From an uncultured Mollicutes bacterium (GTDB lineage Bacteria > Bacillota_I > Bacilli_A > RFN20 > CAG-826), in NCBI GenBank assembly GCA_900540395.1, contig UQFQ01000005.1, positions 956 to 64,955 of the forward strand: 64,000 nt of DNA, given 5' to 3'. Positions 48,574-57,927 of the stretch are shown here, one piece after another (positions within the stretch are counted from its first letter, which is position 1; each line of letters opens with the position of its first letter). The translations under genes and the position numbers were made by a program. A model generated the notes under the pieces. That model was not told the origin of the DNA, searched no databases, and was given only the letters and a program-made list of their open reading frames with translations.

Positions 48574-48948
48574 ATGGCACGTATTGTTGGTGTTGATATT
48601 CCAAATGATAAAGTTATTGTTGTTAGCTTAACTTACATTTATGGAATTGGCCCTACAACCAGTAAGAAAATCGTAGAGGCTGCAAAAATCGATCCACTTA
48701 AAAGAGTTAAAGATCTTTCTGAAGATGAAATTGCTCGTTTAAGAACTGAAATCGCTCACTATAAAGTAGAAGGCGATTTGAGAAGAGAAGTTTTATTAAA
48801 CATTAAGAGACTTCAAGAAATTGGCTGCTACCGTGGAATTAGACACAGAAGAGGTCTTCCAGTTAGAGGTCAAAGAACAAAAACTAACGCTCGTACACGC
48901 AAAGGTCCACGTAAGACAATTGCTAATAAGAAAGAAGCTGTTAAGTAA
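48574..48948 (+). CDS. rpsM: 30S ribosomal protein S13
   Basis: [13 protein letters not shown] and [23 protein letters not shown]. Confidence 0.96.
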   Translation: MARIVGVDIPNDKVIVVSLTYIYGIGPTTSKKIVEAAKIDPLKRVKDLSEDEIARLRTEIAHYKVEGDLRREVLLNIKRLQEIGCYRGIRHRRGLPVRGQRTKTNARTRKGPRKTIANKKEAVK

Positions 48949-48964
48949 TAGGAGGTAGATAGAC

Positions 48965-49354
48965 ATGGCAAAGAAACAAACTACCCGTAAAAAGAAAATT
49001 AAAAGATCTTTTACTAAAGGTGTTGCTCATATTCATGCAACTTTCAATAATACAATCGTTACAATTACAGATGAAAATGGTAATGCAATTGCATGGTCCA
49101 GTAGCGGTGTATTAGGTTTCAAAGGTGCAAAAAAATCAACTCCATTTGCTGCTCAAAGTGCTGCTGAAGCTGCTGGTAAAGCTGCTTATGATCAAGGCAT
49201 TAGAACAGTCGATGTCGATGTTAAAGGACCAGGAGCTGGTAGAGAAAGTGCTATTAGAGCTCTTGGAAACGCCGGACTTCAAATTACATCAATTGTTGAT
49301 ACAACTCCAATCCCACATAATGGTTGTCGTCCACCAAAAAGAACACACGGTTAA
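48965..49354 (+). CDS. rpsK: 30S ribosomal protein S11
   Basis: [18 protein letters not shown] and [14 protein letters not shown]. Confidence 0.96.
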   Translation: MAKKQTTRKKKIKRSFTKGVAHIHATFNNTIVTITDENGNAIAWSSSGVLGFKGAKKSTPFAAQSAAEAAGKAAYDQGIRTVDVDVKGPGAGRESAIRALGNAGLQITSIVDTTPIPHNGCRPPKRTHG

Positions 49355-49375
49355 TATTTAAAGGAGGATGTTTAA

Positions 49376-50353
49376 ATGGCTGAAAATGAATTAAAGATTG
49401 CACACCCTTTCGAAGAATGCAAATATAAGATTGCGGTTGCTAGTAATGAAGAAAATTATTGCAAAGTCGTTGCTGAACCACTTGAAAGAGGATTCGGATT
49501 AACCCTTGGCAATGCTTTAAGAAGAGTTCTTCTTGCTTCATTACCTGGAACAAGCGTTTACGCTATCGAGGTTGATGGTGCAGTCCATGAATTCACTGCA
49601 TTAAAAGGCGTCGAAGAAGATTTAACACAAATCATCCTCAACCTTAAGGACTTAGTTCTTAAAAGCGACACTATTGGAAAAGCTGAATATGAAGTTACCG
49701 TTGATAGAGGCGAAGGCGAATTTAAAGCTGGAGATTTAGAACTTCCTACCGGTCTTGAAGTTGTAAATCCAGATCTTGTTATCGCTCACGTCGCTCAAGG
49801 CGGTCACTTACATATGACTCTCCATATTAGAAATGGTAGAGGTTATGCAACCAGTGAAGAAAATAAAACACTTGGTCTTTTAAGTAATTCAATTGCAACT
49901 GATAGTAACTATTCACCTGTTACTAGAGTCAATTATAAAGTAGAACAAACTCGTGTTGGCCACGATCCAAGATTTGATAAACTTATCCTTGAAGTTTGGA
50001 CCAATGGAAGCATTAAACCAATTGATGCAATCGCATTAAGTGCAAAAATGCTTATGTTCCATTTCGAAAACTTCTTACATCTTGATGATCAATTTGATGA
50101 CATTGCTTTAATTAAAGATCCAGTCGTCCATCAAGAAGAAACATTTGAAAACTTAACTATCGAAGATCTTGATTTAAGTGTTCGTAGTTATAACTGCTTA
50201 AAGAGAGCTGGAATCGCTAATGTTCAAGAGTTAACTCAAAAATCAGAAGCTGAAATGATGAAAGTTAGAAATCTTGGTAAAAAATCCCTTCTTGAAGTTA
50301 AAAATAAGCTTGCTGAAAAAGGCTTATACTTCAAAGATGGAAAAGATGAATAA
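49376..50353 (+). CDS. rpoA: DNA-directed RNA polymerase subunit alpha
   Basis: 325 aa. GNALRRVLL, and a C-terminal domain with LSVRSYNCLKRAGI. Confidence 0.96.
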   Translation: MAENELKIAHPFEECKYKIAVASNEENYCKVVAEPLERGFGLTLGNALRRVLLASLPGTSVYAIEVDGAVHEFTALKGVEEDLTQIILNLKDLVLKSDTIGKAEYEVTVDRGEGEFKAGDLELPTGLEVVNPDLVIAHVAQGGHLHMTLHIRNGRGYATSEENKTLGLLSNSIATDSNYSPVTRVNYKVEQTRVGHDPRFDKLILEVWTNGSIKPIDAIALSAKMLMFHFENFLHLDDQFDDIALIKDPVVHQEETFENLTIEDLDLSVRSYNCLKRAGIANVQELTQKSEAEMMKVRNLGKKSLLEVKNKLAEKGLYFKDGKDE

Positions 50354-50364
50354 GGAGTATAACT

Positions 50365-50760
50365 ATGCAAATCGGTAGAAAAAATGTACATGGTAAAGGC
50401 GGCGTTAGATTTAAGACCCCTTATACCTCAAGCAAAAAGAAAGCACAAGTTAGAAATCTTGTTACTGAATTAGTACTTTTTGAAAAAGTAACTGTTACTA
50501 GAAGTATGGTTAAAGATGTTGTTAAAACCTTTGATCACTTAGTTACTCTTGCTAAAAAAGGTGATTTACATTCACGCAGACAAGCAGCAAGCATTTTAAG
50601 AAATTATAAAGTTGAAGATAAACCAGAAGCTTTAACTAAATTATTTGCTGATTTAAGTAAGAAATTTGAAAGTAGAAATGGTGGTTATTTAAAAGTTTAT
50701 AAACTTGCCAATAGAAAAGGCGATAACGCTCCAATCAGACTTCTTACATTTGCTGATTAA
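50365..50760 (+). CDS. rplQ: 50S ribosomal protein L17
   Basis: 131 aa. LVLFEKVTVT and GGYLKVYKL. Last gene of the alpha operon. Confidence 0.94.
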   Translation: MQIGRKNVHGKGGVRFKTPYTSSKKKAQVRNLVTELVLFEKVTVTRSMVKDVVKTFDHLVTLAKKGDLHSRRQAASILRNYKVEDKPEALTKLFADLSKKFESRNGGYLKVYKLANRKGDNAPIRLLTFAD

Positions 50761-50782
50761 TAACTTAAAACTTAAAAAGAAG

Positions 50783-50811
50783 GCTAACCATTTATTGTGG
50801 TTAGCTTTTTT
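50783..50811 (+). terminator. Intrinsic terminator of the ribosomal super-operon
   Basis: GCTAACCA/TGGTTAGC stem followed by TTTTTT. Confidence 0.7.
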
Positions 50812-50829
50812 ACTAGGAGAAGAAAAAAG

Positions 50830-51039
50830 ATGAATAAAGATAAAATTATTGTTGTAGGTCATATTTTAAGCGTGGTTGCGCTTATTGCTTGTTTATTTGT
50901 TTGGTATTTCTCAGATTCTTTAAAGACCATTGATTCTAGCTCATCTTTCTTTATAATAGTTCTTATTTTAGGCTCTATTATTTATCTTTTAACTAGTGGA
51001 TATTTGATTTATCGCTTATTTAAATCTGATAATAAATAG
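50830..51039 (+). CDS. Hypothetical small membrane protein (69 aa, 2 TM segments)
   Basis: The track ORF starts at GTG 50797 inside the terminator. ATG 50830 lies 9 nt after AGGAGA. Confidence 0.45.
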   Translation: MNKDKIIVVGHILSVVALIACLFVWYFSDSLKTIDSSSSFFIIVLILGSIIYLLTSGYLIYRLFKSDNK

Positions 51040-51183
51040 ACTTTAAGAGTGATTAATTAAGAACTTAGTTTAAAAAAAGATAAGTAGTTTTACAGGTAAA
51101 ATATCAAAGAATAAAGTTTTTGAAAAAACCTTACTTTTTGATTTAATTATCTATATCTTTTTGATAGGATTATAGTTGAATTT

Positions 51184-51816
51184 ATGGAAAAGTTTATTGT
51201 TTTTGATTTAGATGGCACTTTAATAGATACTTTAACTGGCTTAACAGAATCAGTTAACGTCACTTTAAAAGAGATTAATAAACCTTATCATTACGAGAAA
51301 AAAGAAATCAAAACTTTTATAGGACGTGGAGCTAAAAGACTTTTTGTTTTAGCCTCTAAAAATGATAATAACCCTGCAGATTTTGATTTATTTTTGAAAA
51401 ATTATGAAAAATATCAATATATCAGTGAACCTTTTGAGGGAGTAAAAGAGACGCTTATTAATCTAAAAAACAAGGGATATAAGCTTATTATCTACTCCAA
51501 TAAACCAAACTCAATTTTACAAAAGTTAATTCAAAATAAACTAAACGATATTGAATTTAGTTATGTCCAAGGACAAGACAATAATTATCCACCAAAGCCA
51601 GACATTACTTTATTAAGTGAGATTTTAAATAAACTTAATTTAAAGATGGATGAAGGAATTTATGTTGGTGATAGCATAGTTGATTTAGAGACTGCTAGAA
51701 ACGCAAAGATGAAATGCGTTATTTTTTCTTTTGGTTATGGCAATCAAGAAGAAATATTAAAAGCTAAACCAGATTATTACTTTAACGATTTTAAAGAATT
51801 AGATAGTATTTTATGA
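51184..51816 (+). CDS. HAD-superfamily phosphatase (phosphoglycolate phosphatase/PpaX-like)
   Basis: FDLDGTLIDT motif I, SNKP motif II, and GDSIVD motif III/IV. Confidence 0.8.
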   Translation: MEKFIVFDLDGTLIDTLTGLTESVNVTLKEINKPYHYEKKEIKTFIGRGAKRLFVLASKNDNNPADFDLFLKNYEKYQYISEPFEGVKETLINLKNKGYKLIIYSNKPNSILQKLIQNKLNDIEFSYVQGQDNNYPPKPDITLLSEILNKLNLKMDEGIYVGDSIVDLETARNAKMKCVIFSFGYGNQEEILKAKPDYYFNDFKELDSIL

Positions 51817-52169
51817 TGAGTGAAGAACAAGAATTAATATATGGATTATATCGCTATATAAGCAAGGCTAGCCGATATGTTGGAACAAAAAGTGTTGAAG
51901 AATTTATTCATGATGAAAAGAGTTTCGATGCAACATGTTTTTGCTTTTATATGATTGATAATATAGTTAAAATGATGCATAAATATCCTAAATTAATTTA
52001 TGAACATAAGGATATTGATTTCAAAAAGATTAATTCATATAAAGATTCAATTTTTGTAAATGATGGAATTGCATATGTTGAGATGTATGAAACTATTCAA
52101 AATGAATTTCCAGTATTACAAGTTAAATTAAAGGGAATTGTTGAGGCAATAAGTTATGGAAAACAATGA
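51813..52169 (+). CDS. Hypothetical protein, tentatively DUF86/HepT-like fold with degenerate active site
   Basis: 118 aa. ATGA-type overlap with the HAD gene. The helical pattern SVEEFIHDE...YMIDNIVK...YKDSIFVNDGIAYVEMYETIQNEFPVL parallels the DUF86 consensus, but the RX4HXY motif is replaced by KDSIFVND. Confidence 0.3.
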   Translation: MMSEEQELIYGLYRYISKASRYVGTKSVEEFIHDEKSFDATCFCFYMIDNIVKMMHKYPKLIYEHKDIDFKKINSYKDSIFVNDGIAYVEMYETIQNEFPVLQVKLKGIVEAISYGKQ

Positions 52170-54561
52170 AATTATTTCAAAGTTATCTGCTAAAGAAAAA
52201 GTTGAGGAATTAGGCGGAAAAGATTCGTGGTATTTATTTCCTCATAAAGAACTTGGATTAAATGAGGTTCATTTTTCTGACGGTCCTTATGGTATCAGAG
52301 AATGCTTACCTGAAGACTCTTTGTTTGCTGAAGGAAAGGAATCGATTTGTTTTCCTACATCGAGTTTAACAGCGGCAAGTTTTGACCGTGAACTTTTATA
52401 TAAATTAGGAAGCATTTTAGGAAAAGAAGCCAGAAGCCGTGGAATTCATTGTTTACTTGGCCCAGCAATTAATATTAAAAGAAATCCACTTTGTGGACGT
52501 AATTTTGAATATGTAAGTGAAGACCCTTATTTAACTGGAGAATTAGCTGCTAGTTATATTAAAGGTGTCGAAGATCAAGGTGTAGCAACTTCAATAAAAC
52601 ATTTTGCGTTAAACAATCAAGAAAGCTTTAGAATGAATATCAATTCTGTTTGTGATCTTCGTACAATGAGAGAGATTTATCTTAAGGGATTTGAGATTGC
52701 AATTAAAAAAGCTAATCCTGGAACTATTATGGCAAGCTATAACAAAATAAATGGAGATTATGCTTGTGAAAGTTCTTTCTTACTTAGAGATATTTTACGT
52801 GATGAATGGGGTTATAAAGGACTTGTTATTTCTGATTGGGGCGCAGTAAATGATCCAGTAAAAGCAATTAGGGCTGGACTTAACGAAATCATGCCTGTTG
52901 CCACAAAAGAGAATTATGCAGCACTTGAAAAAGAATATAATGGAAAAGAAGATTTTAGAACAGTTGTTGATGAAAGTTTAAACTATACAATTGATTTTAT
53001 TAAAAAATATCAAGATAAAGAAAAAATTGATTTTGATTTAGATAAAGCTCATGAAGAAGCTGTTAATATTGCAAAAGAATCAATTGTTTTACTTAAAAAT
53101 GAAAACAATATCTTACCTTTAAAGAAAAGAGAAAAAGTTGCTTTTATTGGCGAATATGCAATTACTCCTCACTATAATGGCAAGGGAAGCAGTTTAGTTA
53201 CTCCTTATAAATTAGTTACTCCTTTAGAAGCGGTAGAAGAGAGAGAATATAACGTTAGCTTTGCTAAAGGCTTTAACATTTTTACAGACTCGATTGATTT
53301 ATCATTAGAATCTGAAGCTATTGAACTTGCCAAAAAGAGCGACAAGGTAGTTATGTTTTTAGGAACCAATAGCGATATTGAAAGTGAAAATTATGATAGA
53401 CGCAATTTAGATTTATTCATTAATCAAATTGACCTTTTCTATAAGATTTATAATGTTAATAAAAATATTGTTGTTGCTTTACAAAATGGAGCTCCAGTCG
53501 AAATTCCATTTAATAATGAAGTTAAAGGTTTAGTCGAAGCTTATCTTGGTGGCGAAGGCTGTGGCGAAGCTATTGCTGATTTGCTTTATGGCTTAGCTAA
53601 TCCTTGTGGAAGACTTGCTGAAACAATGCCACTTAGATTAAATACTATTCCCTCATTTGCTTATTATGGCGTAAGTAACAAAGTTGCCATATATAAAGAA
53701 GCAATCTATGTTGGCTATAGATATTATGAAACAAAAGGCATGCCAGTTTTATATCCTTTTGGATATGGTTTGAGTTATTCAAATTTCAAATATTCTGATT
53801 TTAATGTTGATTCTGCAGGGTTTTTAAAGAAAAACAATTATAAAATTAAATTAAGCGTTAAAGTTACAAACGATAGTGATTTTGATGGAAAAGAAGTTAT
53901 TCAAGTTTATATTAGTAAGCCAAACGATAAAATATTTAATGCTAAATATGAACTTGTAGATTTTAAGAAAGTCTTTATAAAAGCTCATGAAAGTGCTGAA
54001 GTAGAGTTTATTCTTGATAAAGAAGCTTTGAAATATTTTGATGTGAATCTTAATAGATGGAATATTCAAAATGGAAAATACACTTTCTACATTTCTAAAA
54101 ATTCACATGAACACATCTTCCATCAAGAAGTTGAAGTTAAAGAAGAAGATGAAATTATCGGCTATGACCCAGTTAAATTAAAGAAATATTTTGAGTGTGA
54201 TGTTCGCTTTTTAAACATTGATGAATATCAAAAACTATTTAATAATGACGAACTTTTAAAGAAGTTTAAACGCCCAGGAAAGTTTACAATGAACTCTAAT
54301 TTTTCTGAGTTAAAAACGACTTGGGTTGGAAGAAATTTTGCTAACATGATCTCTAAAAGAGATGACATTATGAAAAATAGAATGGTTTATGTTTCGATTA
54401 TGGAAATGCCATTTAGATCATTATGTACTTTTGGTGGCGGTCATTTAACACCAAATATTTTTAAATATATGATTAAAGCGGCTAATGGCGAAATGCCATT
54501 AATTAATTATTTTATTTTCTTAATTAAGTTTGCTCGTGCATCCAAGAAAGTTAAATTTTAA
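52156..54561 (+). CDS. Glycoside hydrolase family 3 beta-glucosidase/beta-xylosidase-like
   Basis: 801 aa. DGPYGIR, GRNFEYVSEDP, and nucleophile context VISDWGAV. Has a C-terminal Fn3-like region. Confidence 0.9.
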   Translation: MENNEIISKLSAKEKVEELGGKDSWYLFPHKELGLNEVHFSDGPYGIRECLPEDSLFAEGKESICFPTSSLTAASFDRELLYKLGSILGKEARSRGIHCLLGPAINIKRNPLCGRNFEYVSEDPYLTGELAASYIKGVEDQGVATSIKHFALNNQESFRMNINSVCDLRTMREIYLKGFEIAIKKANPGTIMASYNKINGDYACESSFLLRDILRDEWGYKGLVISDWGAVNDPVKAIRAGLNEIMPVATKENYAALEKEYNGKEDFRTVVDESLNYTIDFIKKYQDKEKIDFDLDKAHEEAVNIAKESIVLLKNENNILPLKKREKVAFIGEYAITPHYNGKGSSLVTPYKLVTPLEAVEEREYNVSFAKGFNIFTDSIDLSLESEAIELAKKSDKVVMFLGTNSDIESENYDRRNLDLFINQIDLFYKIYNVNKNIVVALQNGAPVEIPFNNEVKGLVEAYLGGEGCGEAIADLLYGLANPCGRLAETMPLRLNTIPSFAYYGVSNKVAIYKEAIYVGYRYYETKGMPVLYPFGYGLSYSNFKYSDFNVDSAGFLKKNNYKIKLSVKVTNDSDFDGKEVIQVYISKPNDKIFNAKYELVDFKKVFIKAHESAEVEFILDKEALKYFDVNLNRWNIQNGKYTFYISKNSHEHIFHQEVEVKEEDEIIGYDPVKLKKYFECDVRFLNIDEYQKLFNNDELLKKFKRPGKFTMNSNFSELKTTWVGRNFANMISKRDDIMKNRMVYVSIMEMPFRSLCTFGGGHLTPNIFKYMIKAANGEMPLINYFIFLIKFARASKKVKF

Positions 54562-54876
54562 TTATTGTTTCTTTTGGATATTTTTATAGTAGTCTAAATC
54601 TTTCTCAAGATTTATTTCTTGATCAGTTTTTTCAATTAAAGTAAATTTAAAATCTTTAAAGCTTTCCATAAAGTCAGTGAGTGGCAACGAAATATTAAAG
54701 TTTTTTGATTTAACACTTACTTTATGATTTTCATATAGAAAAACATATCTTAAATTATCTTTAAGTGAAACTAATACATAATCGGCCTTAAGTAGAGCGA
54801 TCGCTTCATTGATATTTAAACTATTTGAACTACTAGAACTAAAATTCATATTTAATATTGTATAAAATTTTACCAA
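54562..54876 (-). CDS. Hypothetical protein (start uncertain: TTG 54876 or ATG 54849)
   Basis: About 95-104 aa. No family recognised and no clear SD. Convergent with and abutting the GH3 stop. Confidence 0.4.
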   Translation of the reverse strand: MVKFYTILNMNFSSSSSNSLNINEAIALLKADYVLVSLKDNLRYVFLYENHKVSVKSKNFNISLPLTDFMESFKDFKFTLIEKTDQEINLEKDLDYYKNIQKKQ

Positions 54877-55040
54877 TTTAACAAAAAGTAAAATAAATAA
54901 AACTGATTTTAAACTATAAAGTTAGTTTTCTTTACCTCTAAATTTTTCTATTGATTTTGATTCGTTAAAAAATACGTCAAATCTTTATGAAAAGCACTAA
55001 AAAACTATCAAAAACTGGTTAAAAAGAGTAAACTATAGTC

Positions 55041-55511
55041 ATGATAACAATCTATACATCACCTAGTTGCTCTAGTTGCAAAAAAGTAAAGAAATGGTTT
55101 GATGAGCAACATATTCCATACAAAGAAAAGAACATTTTCTCGAGTGTTTTAAATCCAGAAGAACTTAAAGATATTTTGTCTAAAACCGAAAATGGCACTG
55201 AAGATATTATATCTACTAGAAGTAATATTATTAAAAGCGGAAATGTTCAAATTGACGATATGTCAGTCAATGAACTTATCGATTTTATTAAGAAAAACCC
55301 AAGCATTTTAAAACGACCAATAGTAGTTGATTCTAGTAAAATTCAAGTCGGGTATAACGAAGAAGAAATTCGTTCTTTTATTCCAGCTGCAAGAAGAATT
55401 GCTGCTAGGGCTTGTCCACATTTTGAAGGATGTGAAAACTGTAAAAACGCTAAAGACTTTGAAGAATTTTTAGCAAGTCAACAACAAAACAGCCAAACGG
55501 CTGTTAAGTAA
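55041..55511 (+). CDS. spx: Spx/ArsC-family redox-sensing regulator with a C-terminal Cys-containing extension
   Basis: N-terminal MITIYTSPSCSSCKK (CxxC), and LKRPIVVD. 156 aa, with an extra tail ARACPHFEGCENCKN. Confidence 0.8.
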   Translation: MITIYTSPSCSSCKKVKKWFDEQHIPYKEKNIFSSVLNPEELKDILSKTENGTEDIISTRSNIIKSGNVQIDDMSVNELIDFIKKNPSILKRPIVVDSSKIQVGYNEEEIRSFIPAARRIAARACPHFEGCENCKNAKDFEEFLASQQQNSQTAVK

Positions 55512-55540
55512 AATTAATTAAAATATTTAATATATTTAAG

Positions 55541-55572
55541 AAAAAAACTCGCAAATTGCGAGTTATTTTTTT
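55541..55572. terminator. Bidirectional intrinsic terminator
   Basis: AAAAAAACTCGCA-AAT-TGCGAGTTATTTTTTT, between convergent spx and the CYTH gene. Confidence 0.75.
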
Positions 55573-56156
55573 GAAATGTTTAAGGAATCCATTGCACGAG
55601 TTTGTTTACTTCTTGGATTATCTTCGTACTCGATCCCGTTTTCGTTACAGATTCTTTGAAGTTGAGTTCTGGCTTTTAATAATGAGTTACCGGCCATTTC
55701 GAGTTCATAATCGGTAATGCCATTATATTCGTTTTCATCGATTGAGAATTCATAACCTTCTTCGCCATAATTGGTTTCAAGGCGATGTGTTTTTAATTTT
55801 GCAACAACTGTCATATCATTAGGTTCGAAGCCAAGCATTCTAACGAATTCAGTAGTGTCATTTTCAGGAATAATGCCTTTAATTGTAAGAGCTATGAATT
55901 CTTCATCTTTTAAAGTTGTATTCTTTTCAAGTAATCCTTCACTCATAGGAACTTTTAAAGTCATTACATATTCGTTATTTAAAGCTCTAACTCTTAAACC
56001 AATACCAGCGTTTTTGAGTTGGAAGTCTTTAGTGTCAATGTAATAGTTAACTTGAACTTTATCTTTTAAAATATTTTTTTGTAATTTTCTGACGATACGA
56101 TTATATTCGTCTTTATTAATTAAAACTTTAGCTTCAATTTCAATATTTGTTGCCAT
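55563..56156 (-). CDS. CYTH-domain protein (triphosphate tunnel metalloenzyme, YjbK-like)
   Basis: 197 aa. N-terminal EIEAK (the EXEXK motif). Sits next to nadK, as in Bacillus. Confidence 0.8.
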   Translation of the reverse strand: MATNIEIEAKVLINKDEYNRIVRKLQKNILKDKVQVNYYIDTKDFQLKNAGIGLRVRALNNEYVMTLKVPMSEGLLEKNTTLKDEEFIALTIKGIIPENDTTEFVRMLGFEPNDMTVVAKLKTHRLETNYGEEGYEFSIDENEYNGITDYELEMAGNSLLKARTQLQRICNENGIEYEDNPRSKQTRAMDSLNISKK

Positions 56157-56217
56157 TTTTATCTACTTCCTTTTCAAATATGATACAATAAAAAAGCAGG
56201 TTTTAAAAGGTATTTAA

Positions 56218-57000
56218 ATGCGTTTTTGTATTTCATTAAGAGATGGCGATGGAGTTAAAAAAGTATCTGATTTCATCAAAGAATCCTTGCTTAAAGAAGG
56301 ATTAGTTTATGATGAAATTAATCCTGAATTAGTAATTTCTGTTGGGGGAGATGGCACTTTTTTAAGAGCAATCCAAAAGTATTTTTTAATTAAACCATTA
56401 TTTGCCAATATCAATTTCGGCAACTTAGGATATCTTTGTGAATACACTGACAAAGAATTAAAAGAGTTTATCGTTGATTTATTAGATAAAAATCATGCTG
56501 AAAAAGAAATAACCCTTCTTGAAGCAAAATATAGTGATAAAACTTATTATGCTTTAAACGAATTTAGAATCGAATCGAGCAAGGGTGACACTTTAGTTTT
56601 TGATGTTTATATTAATGATACTTATCTTGAAACTTTAAAAGCTGATGGATGTTTAATTTCAACCTCTATTGGTAGTAGTGCAATGGCTAGATCACTTGGC
56701 GGAGCTTTAGTCGACAACGAGATCGAGATGATTCAATTTGTTGAAAAGGCTCCAATTCAAAATCGTACTTACGAGTCAATTAGATCGCCATTTGTTCTTC
56801 AAAAAGACAAAGTAATAAAGATCGAAAACATTAAAAATGACGAATTCTTTATATATTACGATTCAAAGAGTGATTATTTAAAGAATTACCATGATGATAT
56901 TGTAATTAAATTAAGCGATAAAAAAGTACGAGTATTAAAAAACACTCGAAACAACTATATTAAGAAAACACATGAGGCTTTTATCAATGATCGTTCCTAA
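56218..57000 (+). CDS. nadK: NAD kinase
   Basis: 260 aa. VGGDGTFLRA and NEFRIES. Confidence 0.9.
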   Translation: MRFCISLRDGDGVKKVSDFIKESLLKEGLVYDEINPELVISVGGDGTFLRAIQKYFLIKPLFANINFGNLGYLCEYTDKELKEFIVDLLDKNHAEKEITLLEAKYSDKTYYALNEFRIESSKGDTLVFDVYINDTYLETLKADGCLISTSIGSSAMARSLGGALVDNEIEMIQFVEKAPIQNRTYESIRSPFVLQKDKVIKIENIKNDEFFIYYDSKSDYLKNYHDDIVIKLSDKKVRVLKNTRNNYIKKTHEAFINDRS

Positions 57001-57382
57001 TTTATTTTTAGACACAACCAGTACAATTGTTATATCGGTATTTGCTGTAGCAGCAGTTTTAGCATTATTTATCATTAGCTTATATGCTTTTAAATCGAAA
57101 AAGAAAAAGAAAATCGATAAAGCAAAAGAAGAAAAAGTTATACTCGAACATAGTGATGATAAATTTATCGAGGCACTAGGCGGAGTAGAAAATATTGAAA
57201 GCTATGAACTTAAAGGCTTATCTCGTTTAGCTCTTGTATTAAAAGATTATTCAAAAGTTAATAAAGAGGAAATAAAAAGATTCTATGTTTCAAGAATCTT
57301 AGAAATGAGTAATAAAATTATTTTAGTAGGTGAGAACTTAAAACCTCTTCTTGAAATACTAGATAATTCCAAGAACGAGTAA
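56987..57382 (+). CDS. Membrane-anchored protein with a PTS EIIB(Glc)-like domain lacking the catalytic Cys
   Basis: ATG 56987 lies 9 nt after GAGG. One TM segment, then a poly-K stretch, then FIEALGGVENIESYELKGLSRLALVLKD (compare ALGGxxNI....CxTRLR). Overlaps nadK by 14 nt. Confidence 0.5.
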   Translation: MIVPNLFLDTTSTIVISVFAVAAVLALFIISLYAFKSKKKKKIDKAKEEKVILEHSDDKFIEALGGVENIESYELKGLSRLALVLKDYSKVNKEEIKRFYVSRILEMSNKIILVGENLKPLLEILDNSKNE

Positions 57383-57925
57383 ATCAAGTTTAATATCTTC
57401 TAAAGGGAAGCCCATAACATTAAAGTAGCTTCCTTTTATTTTGCTTATTAAATGATATTTTTCATCATCTTGAATAGCATAACTTCCGGCCTTATCGAAA
57501 ACATTTTCTTCTTTAATATAGTTGTTTATTTCATCATCGCTAAGTTTATTAAAGGTAACCTCAGTGACGACCATTTTTTCAATTAAAATGTTTTTTGAAG
57601 CATTACCTATTACATAACCAGAAATGACTTTATGGTTGTTCCCACTTAGTTTTTTAAGAATGTTAAAAGCATCTTGTGAGTCTTTTGGTTTGCCAAAAAT
57701 AACGCCATCTAAAACAACAATTGTATCGCAACAAATAATAAAATCTTCAGGTTTTGTATGGTTTTTGAGTGAAAAGTATTTGTTTTTAGCTTCTTCTAAG
57801 GCATAAGTTGAAGCTGGAGCATGAAGAGTGGATTCATCAAAAAGCGGCTTCATTATTTTGAAGTCGCTAGTTAATGTTTTTAATAATTCAATTCTTCTTG
57901 GTGAACTAGATCCTAAAATTAACAT
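57359..57925 (-). CDS. maf: Maf-family nucleoside triphosphate pyrophosphatase
   Basis: 188 aa. LGSSSPRRIELL, DTIVV, KAGSYAIQ. Confidence 0.88.
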   Translation of the reverse strand: MLILGSSSPRRIELLKTLTSDFKIMKPLFDESTLHAPASTYALEEAKNKYFSLKNHTKPEDFIICCDTIVVLDGVIFGKPKDSQDAFNILKKLSGNNHKVISGYVIGNASKNILIEKMVVTEVTFNKLSDDEINNYIKEENVFDKAGSYAIQDDEKYHLISKIKGSYFNVMGFPLEDIKLDLLVLGII

Positions 57926-57927
57926 AA

